Source: Gemmatimonadota bacterium (GTDB lineage: Bacteria > Gemmatimonadota > Gemmatimonadetes > Gemmatimonadales > GWC2-71-9). From it: DNA of 64,000 bases. The translations under genes and the position numbers were made by a program. Below, in pieces: positions 1 through 11,140 of the stretch. The stretch covers positions 192,001 to 256,000 of the forward strand of contig JAZDCZ010000419.1 in the NCBI GenBank assembly GCA_036679605.1. The letters run 5' to 3'. Within the stretch, counting starts at the first letter, position 1; every line of letters begins with the position of its first letter. A model generated the notes under the pieces. That model was not told the DNA's origin. It saw only the letters and a program-made list of their open reading frames with translations, and ran no database searches.

Positions 1-2
1 TC

Positions 3-389
3 GCGGTATTCGTCGCCGGCATCGCCGTCGGTGGTGGAACCACCGCAGCATTGGGAGACAGCAAGACCATGACCGGAGAGGCCCGTGATGGCACCTCCGG
101 TAGAGACCGTGAACACCGGAAGAGCTACAGCGAACGGCTACAAGACGAGTTGACCCTTTCAGCAAGCCAGCGTTCCTCGATCGACACGATCATTCAACGG
201 CGTCAGGTCGAGATGCGTAACCTTTGGAAGGAAGTCGGTCCGCGCTTCGATACCCTGCGCAATGAAATTCGAGGCCAGGTCTTGGACGTCTTGGACGAGT
301 CACAGCAAGAAAAATTTCGCGAACTCATCGCGAGTAGTGATAAGAACAGGGAGAAGAGAGAACGTGACCGTAAGAATCACCGAAAATAG
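3..389 (+). CDS. 5'-truncated membrane-anchored helical periplasmic protein (Spy/CpxP or heavy-metal-sensor-like)
   Basis: Frame open from window edge (AVFVAGIAVGGG hydrophobic stretch), then LxLSxxQ and LDESQQEKF repeats; stop overlaps the TolC start. Confidence 0.6.
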   Translation, partial: AVFVAGIAVGGGTTAALGDSKTMTGEARDGTSGRDREHRKSYSERLQDELTLSASQRSSIDTIIQRRQVEMRNLWKEVGPRFDTLRNEIRGQVLDVLDESQQEKFRELIASSDKNREKRERDRKNHRK

Positions 390-1665
390 CATTTGTAGAT
401 TAATAGCAGCGGCAGCTGCAACAATCGCAACCGCTACATCCCTCGGCGCACAGACGAGATCAGTCATGCTAGATGAAGCCATTGATATGGCAACCAGGAT
501 CCAGCCGGCCATGGTCCAGGCGCGCGGCCAGATCACGAACGCCAGAATGTCACGACTCCAGGCATACGGCAACTGGATGCCTTCACTGACTTTCAATTCC
601 TCCACTAGCAAGAGTTCCTCGCAGCGCTTCGATGCGGCGACACAAAGGACCGTCTCGGGATCAGCCGTGTCGTATTCAAGCAGCCTCAACGCCTCGTTGA
701 CGCTTTTTGACGGATTCAGCCGGGCGGCACAGAATCGTGCGGCCAACGCCGATTACGACAATGCAGATGCGGCCTTCGTGAATCAGAGTTTCCAAATCAT
801 GTTGCAAACCAAACAGGTGTATTACAGTGCCTTGGCCGCTGACGAGTTGGTTCGAGTGGCCAACACCCGTATCGAGCGTTCTAGCGAGCAACTCAAGATC
901 TCTAAGGACAAACTTGCAGCGGGAACGGCGACTCGTTCAGATACTCTGCGATCGCGCGTCGAACTCGCCAACGCCCAGCTCCAACTCGTGAATGCCGAGA
1001 CACAACTTGCCACTGCAGAGGCCAACCTTGCGCGCCTCGTTGGCATAGATGGCTCTGTAGGAACCGTGAACGAGGACCGATTCGCAGAGCGCGTTGAACT
1101 GGATACGGCTATGCTTCGAGATGAGGCACTCAACAATTCACCCGAGATACACACAGCGAGAACGGCCTCCAGGGCCGCTCAGGCTCAGGTAGGAGTCTCG
1201 CGCTCCCAGTACTTTCCAACCATCTCGACCTCGTACCAAAGGTCCTGGGCAGGATCCGAGTTGAGTAACTTGCGTCCTAGTTGGTCACTGCGCTTGAGTG
1301 CCGCGTGGCCGATATTCAACGGATTCAGTAGAGAGTTGGCCCAAACTCGCAATGTGGTCGCCCGTGATGCTGCCCGCGCACAGGCGGCAGATGCAGTCCG
1401 CGGCGTTCATGCTCAATTGACGCAATACCTGACCGCCTTAACATCTGCACGCAAACGAATCGATATTGCTGAGGTAACCGAGGCTGCATCTGACGAGGAC
1501 TTGAGAGTGCAGCGCGAGCGCTACCGAGTGGGAGCAGCTACAATCGTAGAGGTACTGGACTCGCAGATTAATCTCGATCAGGCAGAAGTCGATATCGTGC
1601 AGGCCCGATTCGATTACCTGGTTGCTAAAGCGCAGATCGAAGCGCTCATTGGGAGAGAACTATGA
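364..1665 (+). CDS. TolC-family outer membrane efflux protein
   Basis: Signal peptide from GTG 364; two OEP repeats; [16 protein letters not shown]-terminal motif. Confidence 0.9.
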   Translation: MTVRITENSICRLIAAAAATIATATSLGAQTRSVMLDEAIDMATRIQPAMVQARGQITNARMSRLQAYGNWMPSLTFNSSTSKSSSQRFDAATQRTVSGSAVSYSSSLNASLTLFDGFSRAAQNRAANADYDNADAAFVNQSFQIMLQTKQVYYSALAADELVRVANTRIERSSEQLKISKDKLAAGTATRSDTLRSRVELANAQLQLVNAETQLATAEANLARLVGIDGSVGTVNEDRFAERVELDTAMLRDEALNNSPEIHTARTASRAAQAQVGVSRSQYFPTISTSYQRSWAGSELSNLRPSWSLRLSAAWPIFNGFSRELAQTRNVVARDAARAQAADAVRGVHAQLTQYLTALTSARKRIDIAEVTEAASDEDLRVQRERYRVGAATIVEVLDSQINLDQAEVDIVQARFDYLVAKAQIEALIGREL

Positions 1666-2405
1666 CCGCCGCACAAGCAATGGGATTTCAAACCGGTGAG
1701 ACGCCGGCAGAGGATGTGATCATCCTGACCCACAAACTCACAAGGGACTACATACTAGGCGCAGAGACGGTGCACGCATTGAGGCAGGTCGATCTCCAAA
1801 TTCGGCGCAACGAGTTCACCGCCATCATGGGGCCCTCTGGGTCCGGCAAGTCAACATTGATGAACCTGATTGGATGCCTGGATACGCCAACCTCCGGTGA
1901 GTACTGGCTCAACGGCCAAAAGGTGAGTGAACTTAACGACGACCAACTGGCCCATATCAGAAATAAGGAAATCGGGTTCGTATTCCAGACGTTCAACTTG
2001 CTCCCGAGAGCGACGTCGTTACACAATGTCGAGCTGCCGCTCATCTATGCTGGAGTTTCGGCAAAGGAACGGCGCGAACTAGCAGAGATCGCCATGAAGA
2101 AGGTCGGACTCGCCGACCGGATGAAGCACAAGCCAACCGAACTCTCGGGCGGACAGCGCCAGCGGGTTGCAATAGCCCGTGCGCTAGTTAACCAGCCAAG
2201 CATCATTCTAGCTGACGAGCCGACCGGAAACTTGGACAGCGTGACTAGTGGGGAGATCATGAAGGTCCTCGAGGATCTGCATGATGCTGGCCAGACAATC
2301 ATTCTGATTACGCACGAGCGTGACATCGCTGCCCATTCAGACCGGCAGATCCAACTGCGGGACGGGCAGATTGAGAACGATTTAACGACTGAGAGAACTG
2401 CATGA
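1662..2405 (+). CDS. ABC transporter ATP-binding protein (MacB/LolD type)
   Basis: Walker [18 protein letters not shown] signature, [11 protein letters not shown]. Confidence 0.95.
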   Translation: MTAAQAMGFQTGETPAEDVIILTHKLTRDYILGAETVHALRQVDLQIRRNEFTAIMGPSGSGKSTLMNLIGCLDTPTSGEYWLNGQKVSELNDDQLAHIRNKEIGFVFQTFNLLPRATSLHNVELPLIYAGVSAKERRELAEIAMKKVGLADRMKHKPTELSGGQRQRVAIARALVNQPSIILADEPTGNLDSVTSGEIMKVLEDLHDAGQTIILITHERDIAAHSDRQIQLRDGQIENDLTTERTA

Positions 2406-3973
2406 AAAAGATAGTATTAATTCTGGGAGTTCTTGCGATAGCCGGTGTCGGGTATGCCAGGTTCTATGAGCCCGTCGAAGAAACCGAGGCACCTGTATAT
2501 CAGCTGATCCCAATCACCGAGCGCGATATCGTTGTTTCCGCGAATGCGGCGGGCGAAATCGAACCGATAAAGACGGTCGAGGTCAAGTCAAAGGCGTCTG
2601 GAGAGATATTCGAGATGCGCGTTGAGACCGGTGACCAGGTACAGGCGGGAGCGCTGCTGCTGAGGGTGGATCCCCGCATACCTCGGAATACACAGCGACA
2701 AGCTGAGGCCGACTTGGTCCTTGCGGAAGCACAGCTGGAGAATGCACAGTCACAGTTGCGACGCTCGGAGGAACTCCACAAGACACAGTCGATCACCGAG
2801 CAGGAGTGGGAGTCGGCAAAGCTCGCAGTAGCAAACGCAAATGCCGGATTGGTTCGGGCACAGCGTCAGCTCGAAGACGCCAAGATAGCCTACGAGGACA
2901 CCGACGTCAGATCGCCGATCTCGGGCATAGTAATTCAGAAGAACGTCGAGGAGGGAACTGTTATCTCGTCGGCAACTGGCAACGTGAGTGGCGGTGCTGT
3001 GCTGCTCCAGATGGCCAACCTCGACACAGTACAGGTTCGCGCCATGGTAGACGAGACCGACGTAGGGAAAATCCAAGCCGGTCTGGAGGTGACAATTGTT
3101 GTTGATGCATACCCCAACCGGCCGTTCCAGGGGCGAGTCCTCAAGATCGAGCCACAGGCCACCGTTGAGCAAAACGTTACGATGTTCCCGGTTCTGGTAC
3201 GGATCCCTAATTTCGATGGTTTGCTGCGGCCTGGCATGAACACCGAGGTCGACATTCACATAGGGTCACGCCAGGGCACCATAGCTGTACCGAATCCAGC
3301 GCTCCGCACCGAAAGGGACGTGGCATCGGCAGCCAACGTCCTCGGGTTGGACGTTGAGAGCGTTCGCCAGCAAATCGCCGACGCCAGACGCGCAGCAGAT
3401 ACTACTGGTGGAAGGGCCTCTCTTGGCGGCACGGCAGCCGATCACTCCAACGACGGAAGGACAATCACCACGCGTGACGGCCGCGAGGTCAAGCTCCCCG
3501 AAGGAGTGGACGCCAAACAAGCCGAAGAGCTGATGGCCAAGCTCGGCGGTGGCGGCGGGTTCCAGAATCTGAGTTCCGAGGAACGCACACTGGCGCGACA
3601 GATCTTCCAACGTGGCGGAGGTGGCGCACGTGGAGGCGGCGGTCGAGCGGGATCAGGCGGTGATCGTGGCTTTGGCGGGGGCAGTGGACAACCTGGTGGC
3701 GGCCGCGGTGGAGGCCGGCGCAGCTCTAACATCGACGAGAGTCTCTTCGGCGGCAGCTTCATCGTGTTTGTACTGCGCGATGGAGTTGTAGCGGCTGTGC
3801 CGATCCGAACCGGCCTAACCGATCTCGACTACTCCGAGGTCGTGTCCGGGCTCAGTGTCGGCGATACTGTTCTGGTGTTGCCTAGCGCAAGCTTGCTGGC
3901 AAGTCAACAACGATTCCAAGAACGAATCAACCGGATAACTGGTGGCGGATTGCCGGGCGTACAGCGCCGGTAG
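2402..3973 (+). CDS. Efflux periplasmic adaptor (MacA-like) with Gly/Arg-rich insert
   Basis: N-terminal anchor, VEVKSKASG lipoyl half-motif, helical hairpin, LLRPGM motif. Confidence 0.9.
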   Translation: MKKIVLILGVLAIAGVGYARFYEPVEETEAPVYQLIPITERDIVVSANAAGEIEPIKTVEVKSKASGEIFEMRVETGDQVQAGALLLRVDPRIPRNTQRQAEADLVLAEAQLENAQSQLRRSEELHKTQSITEQEWESAKLAVANANAGLVRAQRQLEDAKIAYEDTDVRSPISGIVIQKNVEEGTVISSATGNVSGGAVLLQMANLDTVQVRAMVDETDVGKIQAGLEVTIVVDAYPNRPFQGRVLKIEPQATVEQNVTMFPVLVRIPNFDGLLRPGMNTEVDIHIGSRQGTIAVPNPALRTERDVASAANVLGLDVESVRQQIADARRAADTTGGRASLGGTAADHSNDGRTITTRDGREVKLPEGVDAKQAEELMAKLGGGGGFQNLSSEERTLARQIFQRGGGGARGGGGRAGSGGDRGFGGGSGQPGGGRGGGRRSSNIDESLFGGSFIVFVLRDGVVAAVPIRTGLTDLDYSEVVSGLSVGDTVLVLPSASLLASQQRFQERINRITGGGLPGVQRR

Positions 3974-4009
3974 TGAGAACAGAGACTTTACGTAAGGGAA
4001 GGAACTATC

Positions 4010-5221
4010 ATGCTCTTAGGTGAAATTATTGGGGTTGCGCTCGCTTCCATTCGGGCCAACAAGTTGCGCTCTCTTCTCACGATGCTGGGCATCGTGATCG
4101 GCGTAGGAGCCGTCATCACGATGGTAGCCTTGGGCAGCGGTGCACAGAAGGCGGTCCAAGACCAGATAGCGTCATTGGGCACCAATCTGCTACAAATTCG
4201 TGCAGGCCAGTCCATGAGACATGGAATAGCCAGCGCACAGCGGGTCAGCTTGACGACCGCTGACGCCGAGGCGCTCAGAGAGGCACGAGGTCTGACGGCG
4301 ATAATTCCCGAACTGTCGCAGAGTCAACAGGTCAAGTTTGGCAACCAAAATATCAACGTGAGCATCAACGGGACAGTTTCCGCGTTTGTACCTGTCAACA
4401 ACTATAAGATCCAATCCGGGCGTGTATTCACGACTGGAGATGGTAAAGCACGCAAACGCGTTGCTGTATTGGGATACGCTGTTCCCGATATGCTCGGCTC
4501 CAACGGCGCGGCGATGATCGGTCAAGACATCTCGATCCGCGGCATTCCCTTTGAGATCATCGGTGTGTTGCAGGAAAAGGGCTCTACCAATAGCTGGAAT
4601 AACCCTGACGAGCAAATCCTGATACCACTAGAGACCGCACAGCATAGGATATTCGGGACCGACCGCGTGCGTGCAATAACGGTTCAAGTTGCGCACCCCG
4701 ATTCCATAACGGTAGCGATGATCGAAATCGAGCGTGTTTTGAGGCGCGAGCACGCCGTCGCACCCGGTAGGGACAACGACTTCAACATCACCAACCGTGG
4801 GGAGTTCCTGGCTACGTTCGAGGAAACGACCCAGACGTTCACGTTCCTGTTGGGCGGCATCGCAGCCGTGAGCCTCCTTGTAGGGGGAATCGGAATCATG
4901 AACATCATGTTGGTTTCCGTTACCGAGCGCACACGCGAGATTGGAATACGCAAGGCACTCGGAGCCACGCGAAGCAACATCCTGCTTCAGTTCTTGGTTG
5001 AGGCACTCGTGCTCTGCATGATGGGTGGCACGGTCGGTATTATCGTGGGCTCTGGTGGGGCTGTGGCACTCTCCAAGTTGGCAAATTGGAACACGCTCGT
5101 GTCGCCACAGGCGGTAGTAGTGGCATTCATCTTCAGTGCGGTGATAGGAATTTTCTTTGGGCTCTGGCCTGCGCGGCGTGCAGCTATACTGGATCCGATC
5201 GAGGCGCTGCGGTATGAGTAA
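4010..5221 (+). CDS. ABC transporter permease (MacB/FtsX type)
   Basis: RSLLTMLGIVIGV; GGIGIMNIMLVSVTERTREIGIRKALGA; ends LDPIEALRYE. Confidence 0.95.
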   Translation: MLLGEIIGVALASIRANKLRSLLTMLGIVIGVGAVITMVALGSGAQKAVQDQIASLGTNLLQIRAGQSMRHGIASAQRVSLTTADAEALREARGLTAIIPELSQSQQVKFGNQNINVSINGTVSAFVPVNNYKIQSGRVFTTGDGKARKRVAVLGYAVPDMLGSNGAAMIGQDISIRGIPFEIIGVLQEKGSTNSWNNPDEQILIPLETAQHRIFGTDRVRAITVQVAHPDSITVAMIEIERVLRREHAVAPGRDNDFNITNRGEFLATFEETTQTFTFLLGGIAAVSLLVGGIGIMNIMLVSVTERTREIGIRKALGATRSNILLQFLVEALVLCMMGGTVGIIVGSGGAVALSKLANWNTLVSPQAVVVAFIFSAVIGIFFGLWPARRAAILDPIEALRYE

Positions 5222-5291
5222 TGTCCTGAATAGAACACGCCGAGAAGGAGCAGGGAATGTGATTGTAACATCGCATAAGGCTTGCACCGTC

Positions 5292-5897
5292 TTGAAACGT
5301 GTTGCGATAGCCATACTGCCCGGCTTGAGTGCCATCGTAATGCTGTCAGCTACCGCAGGGGGCAATCACCTTGCGGCACAGACGGCAGGCATTACCGGTA
5401 AATGGCGACTCAACGAGGCAATGAGTGACGACGCCCAGCAAAAAATGCAGGAAATGTTTCAGAGCGCCGGCGGTAGTCGAGGCGGACGACGCGGTGGGGG
5501 CGGTGGACAACGCGGTGGGGGTGGGGGTGGGTTCGGAGATGGAGACCAACAACGAACGAATCCCATGCGGGCCGCTATGAACGCTGCCAAGCTGTTGGAT
5601 ATTTCGCAAGACGATAATGTCCTCGAGATCGGCTACGGCGGCGATAGCGTGCGCACACTCCAGACCAACGGTCAAAAGATCACCTTCGGCGAAGGCCGCA
5701 GGAAGAGCGAAATCAAGTCGCAGTGGAAGGGCGAGAAGCTGGTGGTCGAGACCAAGATGGACGGCGGCACAAAGGTAACAGAGACCTATGAACTAAGAGA
5801 TGAGGGGACGCGCCTCCAACTCAAGGTGCGAATCGAAAACCTCCGGTTCCCACGCCCACTAGAAATCAAGCGCATATACGAAAAGGTCACATACTAG
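5292..5897 (+). CDS. Secreted hypothetical protein (lipocalin-like GKW start, Gly-rich linker)
   Basis: Signal peptide ending LAAQ, ITGKWRLN, beta-rich C-terminus; start uncertain (5214 or 5292). Confidence 0.6.
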   Translation: MKRVAIAILPGLSAIVMLSATAGGNHLAAQTAGITGKWRLNEAMSDDAQQKMQEMFQSAGGSRGGRRGGGGGQRGGGGGGFGDGDQQRTNPMRAAMNAAKLLDISQDDNVLEIGYGGDSVRTLQTNGQKITFGEGRRKSEIKSQWKGEKLVVETKMDGGTKVTETYELRDEGTRLQLKVRIENLRFPRPLEIKRIYEKVTY

Positions 5898-5950
5898 CCG
5901 ATCAGATTCCCCACGAGGATTCGACGGCACCTGATGGGGTGTCCTGACAG

Positions 5951-5979
5951 CGGGGACTTCGATACTTTCGGAGTCCCCG
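5951..5979 (+). terminator. 12-bp hairpin, candidate terminator of the efflux operon
   Basis: cggggacttcga-tactt-tcggagtccccg (one G-U pair); only a weak U tract follows. Confidence 0.5.
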
Positions 5980-5996
5980 TACTATCTTATTCGACT

Positions 5997-6854
5997 GTGC
6001 CGCCAACTTGCGTTCGCGTACCCGCCTCTGTGTCCAATCTGGGCGCTGGTTTCGATTGTCTAGGCCTTGCCCTGGATATTCGACTCGATGCCCGAGTCGT
6101 GCCCGGCTCCGGACCCGCCGTATACACGGGGACGCTCAGTGAGTTGCAACAAGAGAGCGATCTCATACTGAAGGCGATGGGAACCGCAATGGTGGATAGC
6201 CACCATCTCGAAGCACACTCTGATATCCCGATAAGTCGCGGACTTGGCTCGTCCGCCAGTGCGACGGTAGCCGGACTAGCATTGGCGCGGGCGATGACCG
6301 GACAGTCAATGGATAACGAATCCTTGTTTGGTGTCGCACGGGACATAGAGGGACATCCCGACAACGTTGGACCGGCGGTATACGGAAATCTGTTCCTAGC
6401 AGCCGCACGGCCGACTAAACTTCAGTTACACGATTCATTGGGTGTCGCGCTGGCCATTCCGGAGCAGAGGCTCGACACTGCACATGCACGATCCATCCTA
6501 CCGGAACGTCTCACTCGCGAGGACACTATCGCTCAAGCGGCCGCAGCGGCGGCACTGGTATTGGGACTCACAACGGGAGATGGAGATTTGATCAGCCAAG
6601 GCATGATCGACCGCATCGCAGTCCCCCTCAGAAAACAGCTCATCCCTGGATTGGAGAGTGCAGCGCAGGCAGCGACCAGCGTGGGGGCTTACGGAGTGAC
6701 GATCTCCGGATCCGGATCTACGGTGGTAGCTGTGTGCGCCGCAGCTTCGGCCCAAGATGTCGCAACGGCAATGGCAGAGACTCTGACTAGCAAGGGTAAT
6801 CTCGCCACTCCGATGGCACCGGCCGTGGCACAAGAAGGATTTGAGATGTTCTAG
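5997..6854 (+). CDS. thrB: Homoserine kinase
   Basis: VPASVSNLGAGFDCLGLAL, GHMP motif PISRGLGSSAS, EGHPDN, ISGSGST; start approximate. Confidence 0.9.
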   Translation: MPPTCVRVPASVSNLGAGFDCLGLALDIRLDARVVPGSGPAVYTGTLSELQQESDLILKAMGTAMVDSHHLEAHSDIPISRGLGSSASATVAGLALARAMTGQSMDNESLFGVARDIEGHPDNVGPAVYGNLFLAAARPTKLQLHDSLGVALAIPEQRLDTAHARSILPERLTREDTIAQAAAAAALVLGLTTGDGDLISQGMIDRIAVPLRKQLIPGLESAAQAATSVGAYGVTISGSGSTVVAVCAAASAQDVATAMAETLTSKGNLATPMAPAVAQEGFEMF

Positions 6855-6869
6855 AAGGGGGAGAGGCGG

Positions 6870-7385
6870 CTATTCTTTTTCCAACCACTGCAGCAACCGT
6901 TCGATCTGCTGTCCATGATGCTTGCAGTGTACGTAGTGAAATCTGACCCACTCCGGCAAATTGAGATCTCCCATGATCGGGTGCCGGAGAAACACTTCCA
7001 GCTTTCTTTCCTCCGGCCACTCTTCGAGAAGTGCACGCGTACGTTCCACCCCCATTCGGAAGCGCGCCGAGATCTCCTGACGATCTGATTCCTCGCTCGG
7101 CATAGTGTAATCCGGTGCCTCAATATTCTCAGGAAGCTTGCCGGGTCCCAGCAGCATATGCCGCACCACTGACTGCGCGGGCGTAGCCCTGCGCTCCATG
7201 CCGGCCTTCTCGGCCCGCATCTCGAATCCCGTCGCCACCAGATCGACCGATATCGCGAGGTGCTCGATAACCTTGGCCACGCTCCATTTTCCGTTAGGTG
7301 CACGGCGCCAGTCAGGGTCACCCAAATCGGCTACGGGATCGAGCACTATAGATTCTAGGCTGGAAAGTTGTCTTTGAACTTTCAC
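6870..7385 (-). CDS. DinB-family protein
   Basis: WSVAKVIEHL and HCKHHGQQ His motifs. Confidence 0.8.
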   Translation of the reverse strand: MKVQRQLSSLESIVLDPVADLGDPDWRRAPNGKWSVAKVIEHLAISVDLVATGFEMRAEKAGMERRATPAQSVVRHMLLGPGKLPENIEAPDYTMPSEESDRQEISARFRMGVERTRALLEEWPEERKLEVFLRHPIMGDLNLPEWVRFHYVHCKHHGQQIERLLQWLEKE

Positions 7386-7433
7386 TTTTCCACCCCCATC
7401 TCGTGGAACACCTGCGTAATATACATCGCTAGC

Positions 7434-7910
7434 TCAACCTACCTGACTATCATCGATGGCGTCGATGATCGAGCTAAACAACTTGGCCTTGTCTGTGAGT
7501 TCACCTGTCGCCGGATCGGACTTGATATACCATTGACACATCTCACCCATTGCCATGGCATCATCATCGGTCATGCCTACCAGAAACACGTCCCCGTCCT
7601 CCCGCGCGCCGTTGACCGCGTTGGTCAGATTCTGCGGCATCTCTGGAGTTTTCCGTAGAACCTCTACCATCGCACTCGTCATGCGGACCTCCACACGCAA
7701 CCTCCCTATCGAGTCATCGCATTCCCTCTGCCGGCTTGAATTGTACCCACTACACACGGTTACCGGCAGTCGCGGGTACTTTGAGAATCGAGAGTCCCTC
7801 TGTGACATCTTGCAGAGTCGGAAGGCCGAACCCTTGCCGCTAGTTATCAAGCGACTGTGCAAACAGTCTGCACAGAGTCCAACGGAGGGCTTCGTATCCG
7901 AACTTGGCAC
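7434..7910 (-). CDS. Hypothetical; Cys-rich N-terminal domain in frame with a separately initiable 86-aa protein (GTG 7694)
   Basis: CADC..C..C then GGGAGG RBS 6 nt before in-frame GTG 7694. Confidence 0.55.
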   Translation of the reverse strand: MPSSDTKPSVGLCADCLHSRLITSGKGSAFRLCKMSQRDSRFSKYPRLPVTVCSGYNSSRQRECDDSIGRLRVEVRMTSAMVEVLRKTPEMPQNLTNAVNGAREDGDVFLVGMTDDDAMAMGEMCQWYIKSDPATGELTDKAKLFSSIIDAIDDSQVG

Positions 7911-7961
7911 ATTAGAAACGTGCTGTCGCGTCCGTTAAGTCGCAAGGTTAGATTCTATGAC

Positions 7962-8201
7962 ATGAGCGACATCAACTGTGTACGATGCCAGAAAACAGGA
8001 GCGCAGCTTGCAGCGCCGCCATTGCCCAACGATCTCGGTAACAAGATCTATGACTCTATCTGCCAGCCTTGTTGGGACGAATGGCTCAAGCAGCAGACAG
8101 CGGTCATCAACCACTATGCATTGGATCTGCGCAACCCCGAAGCCCGGCAGATGCTGATGGAACAGACGGAGACCTTTCTGTTTGGCCAGCCAACAGCCTG
8201 A
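7962..8201 (+). CDS. Fe(II)-trafficking / oxidative damage protection protein (YggX-like)
   Basis: PPLPNDLGNKIYDSICQPCWDEWLKQQTAVIN matches the YggX family pattern. Confidence 0.85.
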   Translation: MSDINCVRCQKTGAQLAAPPLPNDLGNKIYDSICQPCWDEWLKQQTAVINHYALDLRNPEARQMLMEQTETFLFGQPTA

Positions 8202-8721
8202 CACCTCCAGCCGCCGCTCCATCAGTCTTGTTGTAAACGACGAGCGAACAGAAATCGCGTTCGCTCCACACAAGACATTGCTCGAACTCCTGCGTGAAGA
8301 TTTGGAGCTAACAGGAACGAAGCACGGCTGCGAGCTGGGTGAGTGTGGAACGTGTACGGTGATTCTAAACGGACAACCCGTCCTCAGCTGTTTGGTTCTT
8401 GCACTCGCATGCGACGGCATGAGAGTGGACACAGTAGAGGGCATGGCGCAGGGCCCCACCCTGCATCCATTACAGGAAGCGTTCGCCGAGATGGGCGCTG
8501 CACAGTGCGGCTACTGCACTCCCGGCATTCTGCTCACCGCACAGACGCTGCTCGACGATAACCCATCGCCCGAACGTGATGAGATCAAAGACGCTCTCGC
8601 GGGCAACCTTTGTCGCTGTACCGGATACATCAAGATTTACGAGGCAGTCGAACTCGCCGCAGCGCGCATACGAGGTGAACCAGCCGAGCCGACTCACGAG
8701 TCCATGTATGGCAAAAGATAA
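8182..8721 (+). CDS. [2Fe-2S] subunit of xanthine-oxidase-family enzyme (HcrC/CoxS-like)
   Basis: GCELGECGTC, QCGYCTPG, NLCRCTGY. Confidence 0.95.
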   Translation: MASQQPDTSSRRSISLVVNDERTEIAFAPHKTLLELLREDLELTGTKHGCELGECGTCTVILNGQPVLSCLVLALACDGMRVDTVEGMAQGPTLHPLQEAFAEMGAAQCGYCTPGILLTAQTLLDDNPSPERDEIKDALAGNLCRCTGYIKIYEAVELAAARIRGEPAEPTHESMYGKR

Positions 8722-11137
8722 CGGAGACTCATTCCGCGTAATTGGCCGCGCACAACGCAAGGTCGACGCGACGGACAAGGTGATGGGTCGGACGATGTTC
8801 GTCGACGATCTTACGTTACCGCGAATGTTATTCGCTCGGTTGCTGCGCAGTCCGCATCCCCATGCGAAGATCTTGCAAATCGATACCTCCAGGGCAGAGA
8901 ACCTGGACGGCGTGAGACGGGTGCTGATCGGCAAGGAGCTGCCGATTCCTTTCGGGATACTGCCAGTCAGTGAGGATGAACATGCGTTAGCACTGAACAA
9001 GGTTCGCTTCATTGGAGATCCCGTTGCAGCAGTAGCCGCTGTCACGGAAGAAATTGCTACTGCGGCATCGGAGTTGATCGATGTCGAATACGAGATTCTC
9101 GATCACATCGCCTCAGCACAGCAGGCGGTCAAGACTTCAGAACCATTGATCCATGAATACGGCGACAACGGTAACCTCCACAAGGTGGTCGACCTGGAGT
9201 TCGGCGACGTGGGCGAAGGATTCGCCGCCGCTGATCTGGTGCGCGAGGACATCTTCTTCTACGAGGGCAGCACCCACCTCTCGTTAGAACAGCACGCTGC
9301 GTTGGCAAATTGGTCTCCCGACGGAAAACTCACGCTGTGGAGTTCGACGCAGACACCGCACTACGTTCACCGCGCTCTCGCCAAGGTACTGGAACTACCG
9401 GCTGCCCGCATCAGAGTGATAGCATGTCCCAACGGCGGTGGCTTCGGCGGGAAGAGCGATCCGTTCAGTCATGAAATCGCCGTCGCCAAGCTCGCAATGC
9501 TGACGGGCAGGCCCGTCAAGGTCACACTCACCCGAGAAGAGGTCTTCTACTGTCATCGTGGCCGTCACCCAACCCTCATGTGGGTCAAGACCGGCGTTAC
9601 AAACGATGGTGCCATCAAAGCGATGCACTTCAAGAGCTTGCTGGACGGCGGTGGCTATGGTTCATACGGTGTGGCAAGCACCTACTACACGGGTGCGTTG
9701 CAGACGGTTACCTACAACGTGGAGCGCTACAAATTTCAGGGAGCGCGGGCTTTCACCAACAAGCCGCCGTGTGGCCCCAAGCGCGGACACGGTACTCCGC
9801 AGCCACGTTTTGCGCTCGAGGTGCAGCTCGACAAGATCGCTGAGGATCTAGGACTCGATCCCGCCGAATTACGACTCAACCATCTTGTACCGCCGGACTC
9901 CCTAACGGCTAATTATCTGCGTGTAGGAACAATGGGGCTGGGCGCGTGCATTCGTAAGGTCACTGCCGCAGCCGGTTGGAAGAAGAAGTACGGCAAGCTT
10001 CCGCATGGCAGCGGAGTGGGGGTGGCGTGCTCCAGCTACATCTGCGGCGCCGGCCTACCGATCTACTGGAATAACATGTCGCAGTCCGGTGTACAGCTTA
10101 AACTCGACCGGAGTGGCGGAGTCACCGTGTTTTGTGGTTCCACAGATATCGGCCAGGGTTCCGATTCTGTCCTCGCATACATTGTCGCCGAAGTGTTGGG
10201 ACTCGATCCCCAAGAACTTCAGATCGTAACAGCCGACACAGACCTCACACCGGTGGACCTCGGTAGTTACTCCAGTCGCGTCACATTGATGAGCGGCAAC
10301 GCGGCACTCCAGGCGGCCGAGCGAGCGCGGGATATCTTGGCCGAACATGCAGCAGCAAAGCTGAATGTGCCCGTGTCCCGTTTGGTATTCGCGGACGGCC
10401 GCGTATTTGACGCACAGAACACCGAAACTGGTATGAGCTTCGCAGAATCGGTACAGTTCGCCGAAACCGCACAGGGCATTGTCGGTACGGTGGGATCATA
10501 CAAACCTCCCAGGAGCACCGGTCGTTATCGTGGGGCGGGGGTAGGGCCATCACCGGCATATTCGTACAGTGCAGCCGTTGCAAGTGTAGAGGTAGATCCT
10601 ACCAGCGGAATCTTCACGGTTCCTAAGATCTGGATCGCCCACGATATCGGACGCTGTATCAATCCGGCCGCGGTGATCGGACAAGTAGAGGGCGGTGTCT
10701 ACATGGGATTGGGCGAAGCCTTGATGGAGGAGATGGCGTATCGCGGCAAACGCAAGGTCGTCCACAAGATCCCCAGCATGTTGGAATACAAGAGTCCTAC
10801 TACGCTCGAGATGTGCGACGTCGAGACCTACTTGATCGAAGATCCCGATCCCAACGGACCGTTCGGTGCCAAGGAAGTGGGCCAGGGCCCCTTGTTACCG
10901 ATTATGCCCGCCGTGGCAAACGCCGTATACGATGCAGTGGGCGTTCGCATAGACGAGGTGCCCATCACTCCCGAGAAAGTATTGCGCGCACTAGGACTCA
11001 AGGCAAAGGGTGAGGAAGCGCGCGTCGGTCCGAGAGCGTTTCCCGAGATCGCATGGCCTAGGCCCACGCGCGTCGTGCCGCCGTGGGAGGGTGGCGACGG
11101 CAAGGCAACAGAGGCGGCCGAGGAGCGGCAGAACTGA
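8708..11137 (+). CDS. Molybdopterin-binding subunit, 4-hydroxybenzoyl-CoA reductase alpha-like
   Basis: GGGFGGK, RGHG, DIGQG, GSYSSRVT, GPFGAKE motifs; likely ATG 8708. Confidence 0.9.
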   Translation: MAKDNGDSFRVIGRAQRKVDATDKVMGRTMFVDDLTLPRMLFARLLRSPHPHAKILQIDTSRAENLDGVRRVLIGKELPIPFGILPVSEDEHALALNKVRFIGDPVAAVAAVTEEIATAASELIDVEYEILDHIASAQQAVKTSEPLIHEYGDNGNLHKVVDLEFGDVGEGFAAADLVREDIFFYEGSTHLSLEQHAALANWSPDGKLTLWSSTQTPHYVHRALAKVLELPAARIRVIACPNGGGFGGKSDPFSHEIAVAKLAMLTGRPVKVTLTREEVFYCHRGRHPTLMWVKTGVTNDGAIKAMHFKSLLDGGGYGSYGVASTYYTGALQTVTYNVERYKFQGARAFTNKPPCGPKRGHGTPQPRFALEVQLDKIAEDLGLDPAELRLNHLVPPDSLTANYLRVGTMGLGACIRKVTAAAGWKKKYGKLPHGSGVGVACSSYICGAGLPIYWNNMSQSGVQLKLDRSGGVTVFCGSTDIGQGSDSVLAYIVAEVLGLDPQELQIVTADTDLTPVDLGSYSSRVTLMSGNAALQAAERARDILAEHAAAKLNVPVSRLVFADGRVFDAQNTETGMSFAESVQFAETAQGIVGTVGSYKPPRSTGRYRGAGVGPSPAYSYSAAVASVEVDPTSGIFTVPKIWIAHDIGRCINPAAVIGQVEGGVYMGLGEALMEEMAYRGKRKVVHKIPSMLEYKSPTTLEMCDVETYLIEDPDPNGPFGAKEVGQGPLLPIMPAVANAVYDAVGVRIDEVPITPEKVLRALGLKAKGEEARVGPRAFPEIAWPRPTRVVPPWEGGDGKATEAAEERQN

Positions 11138-11140
11138 TTC

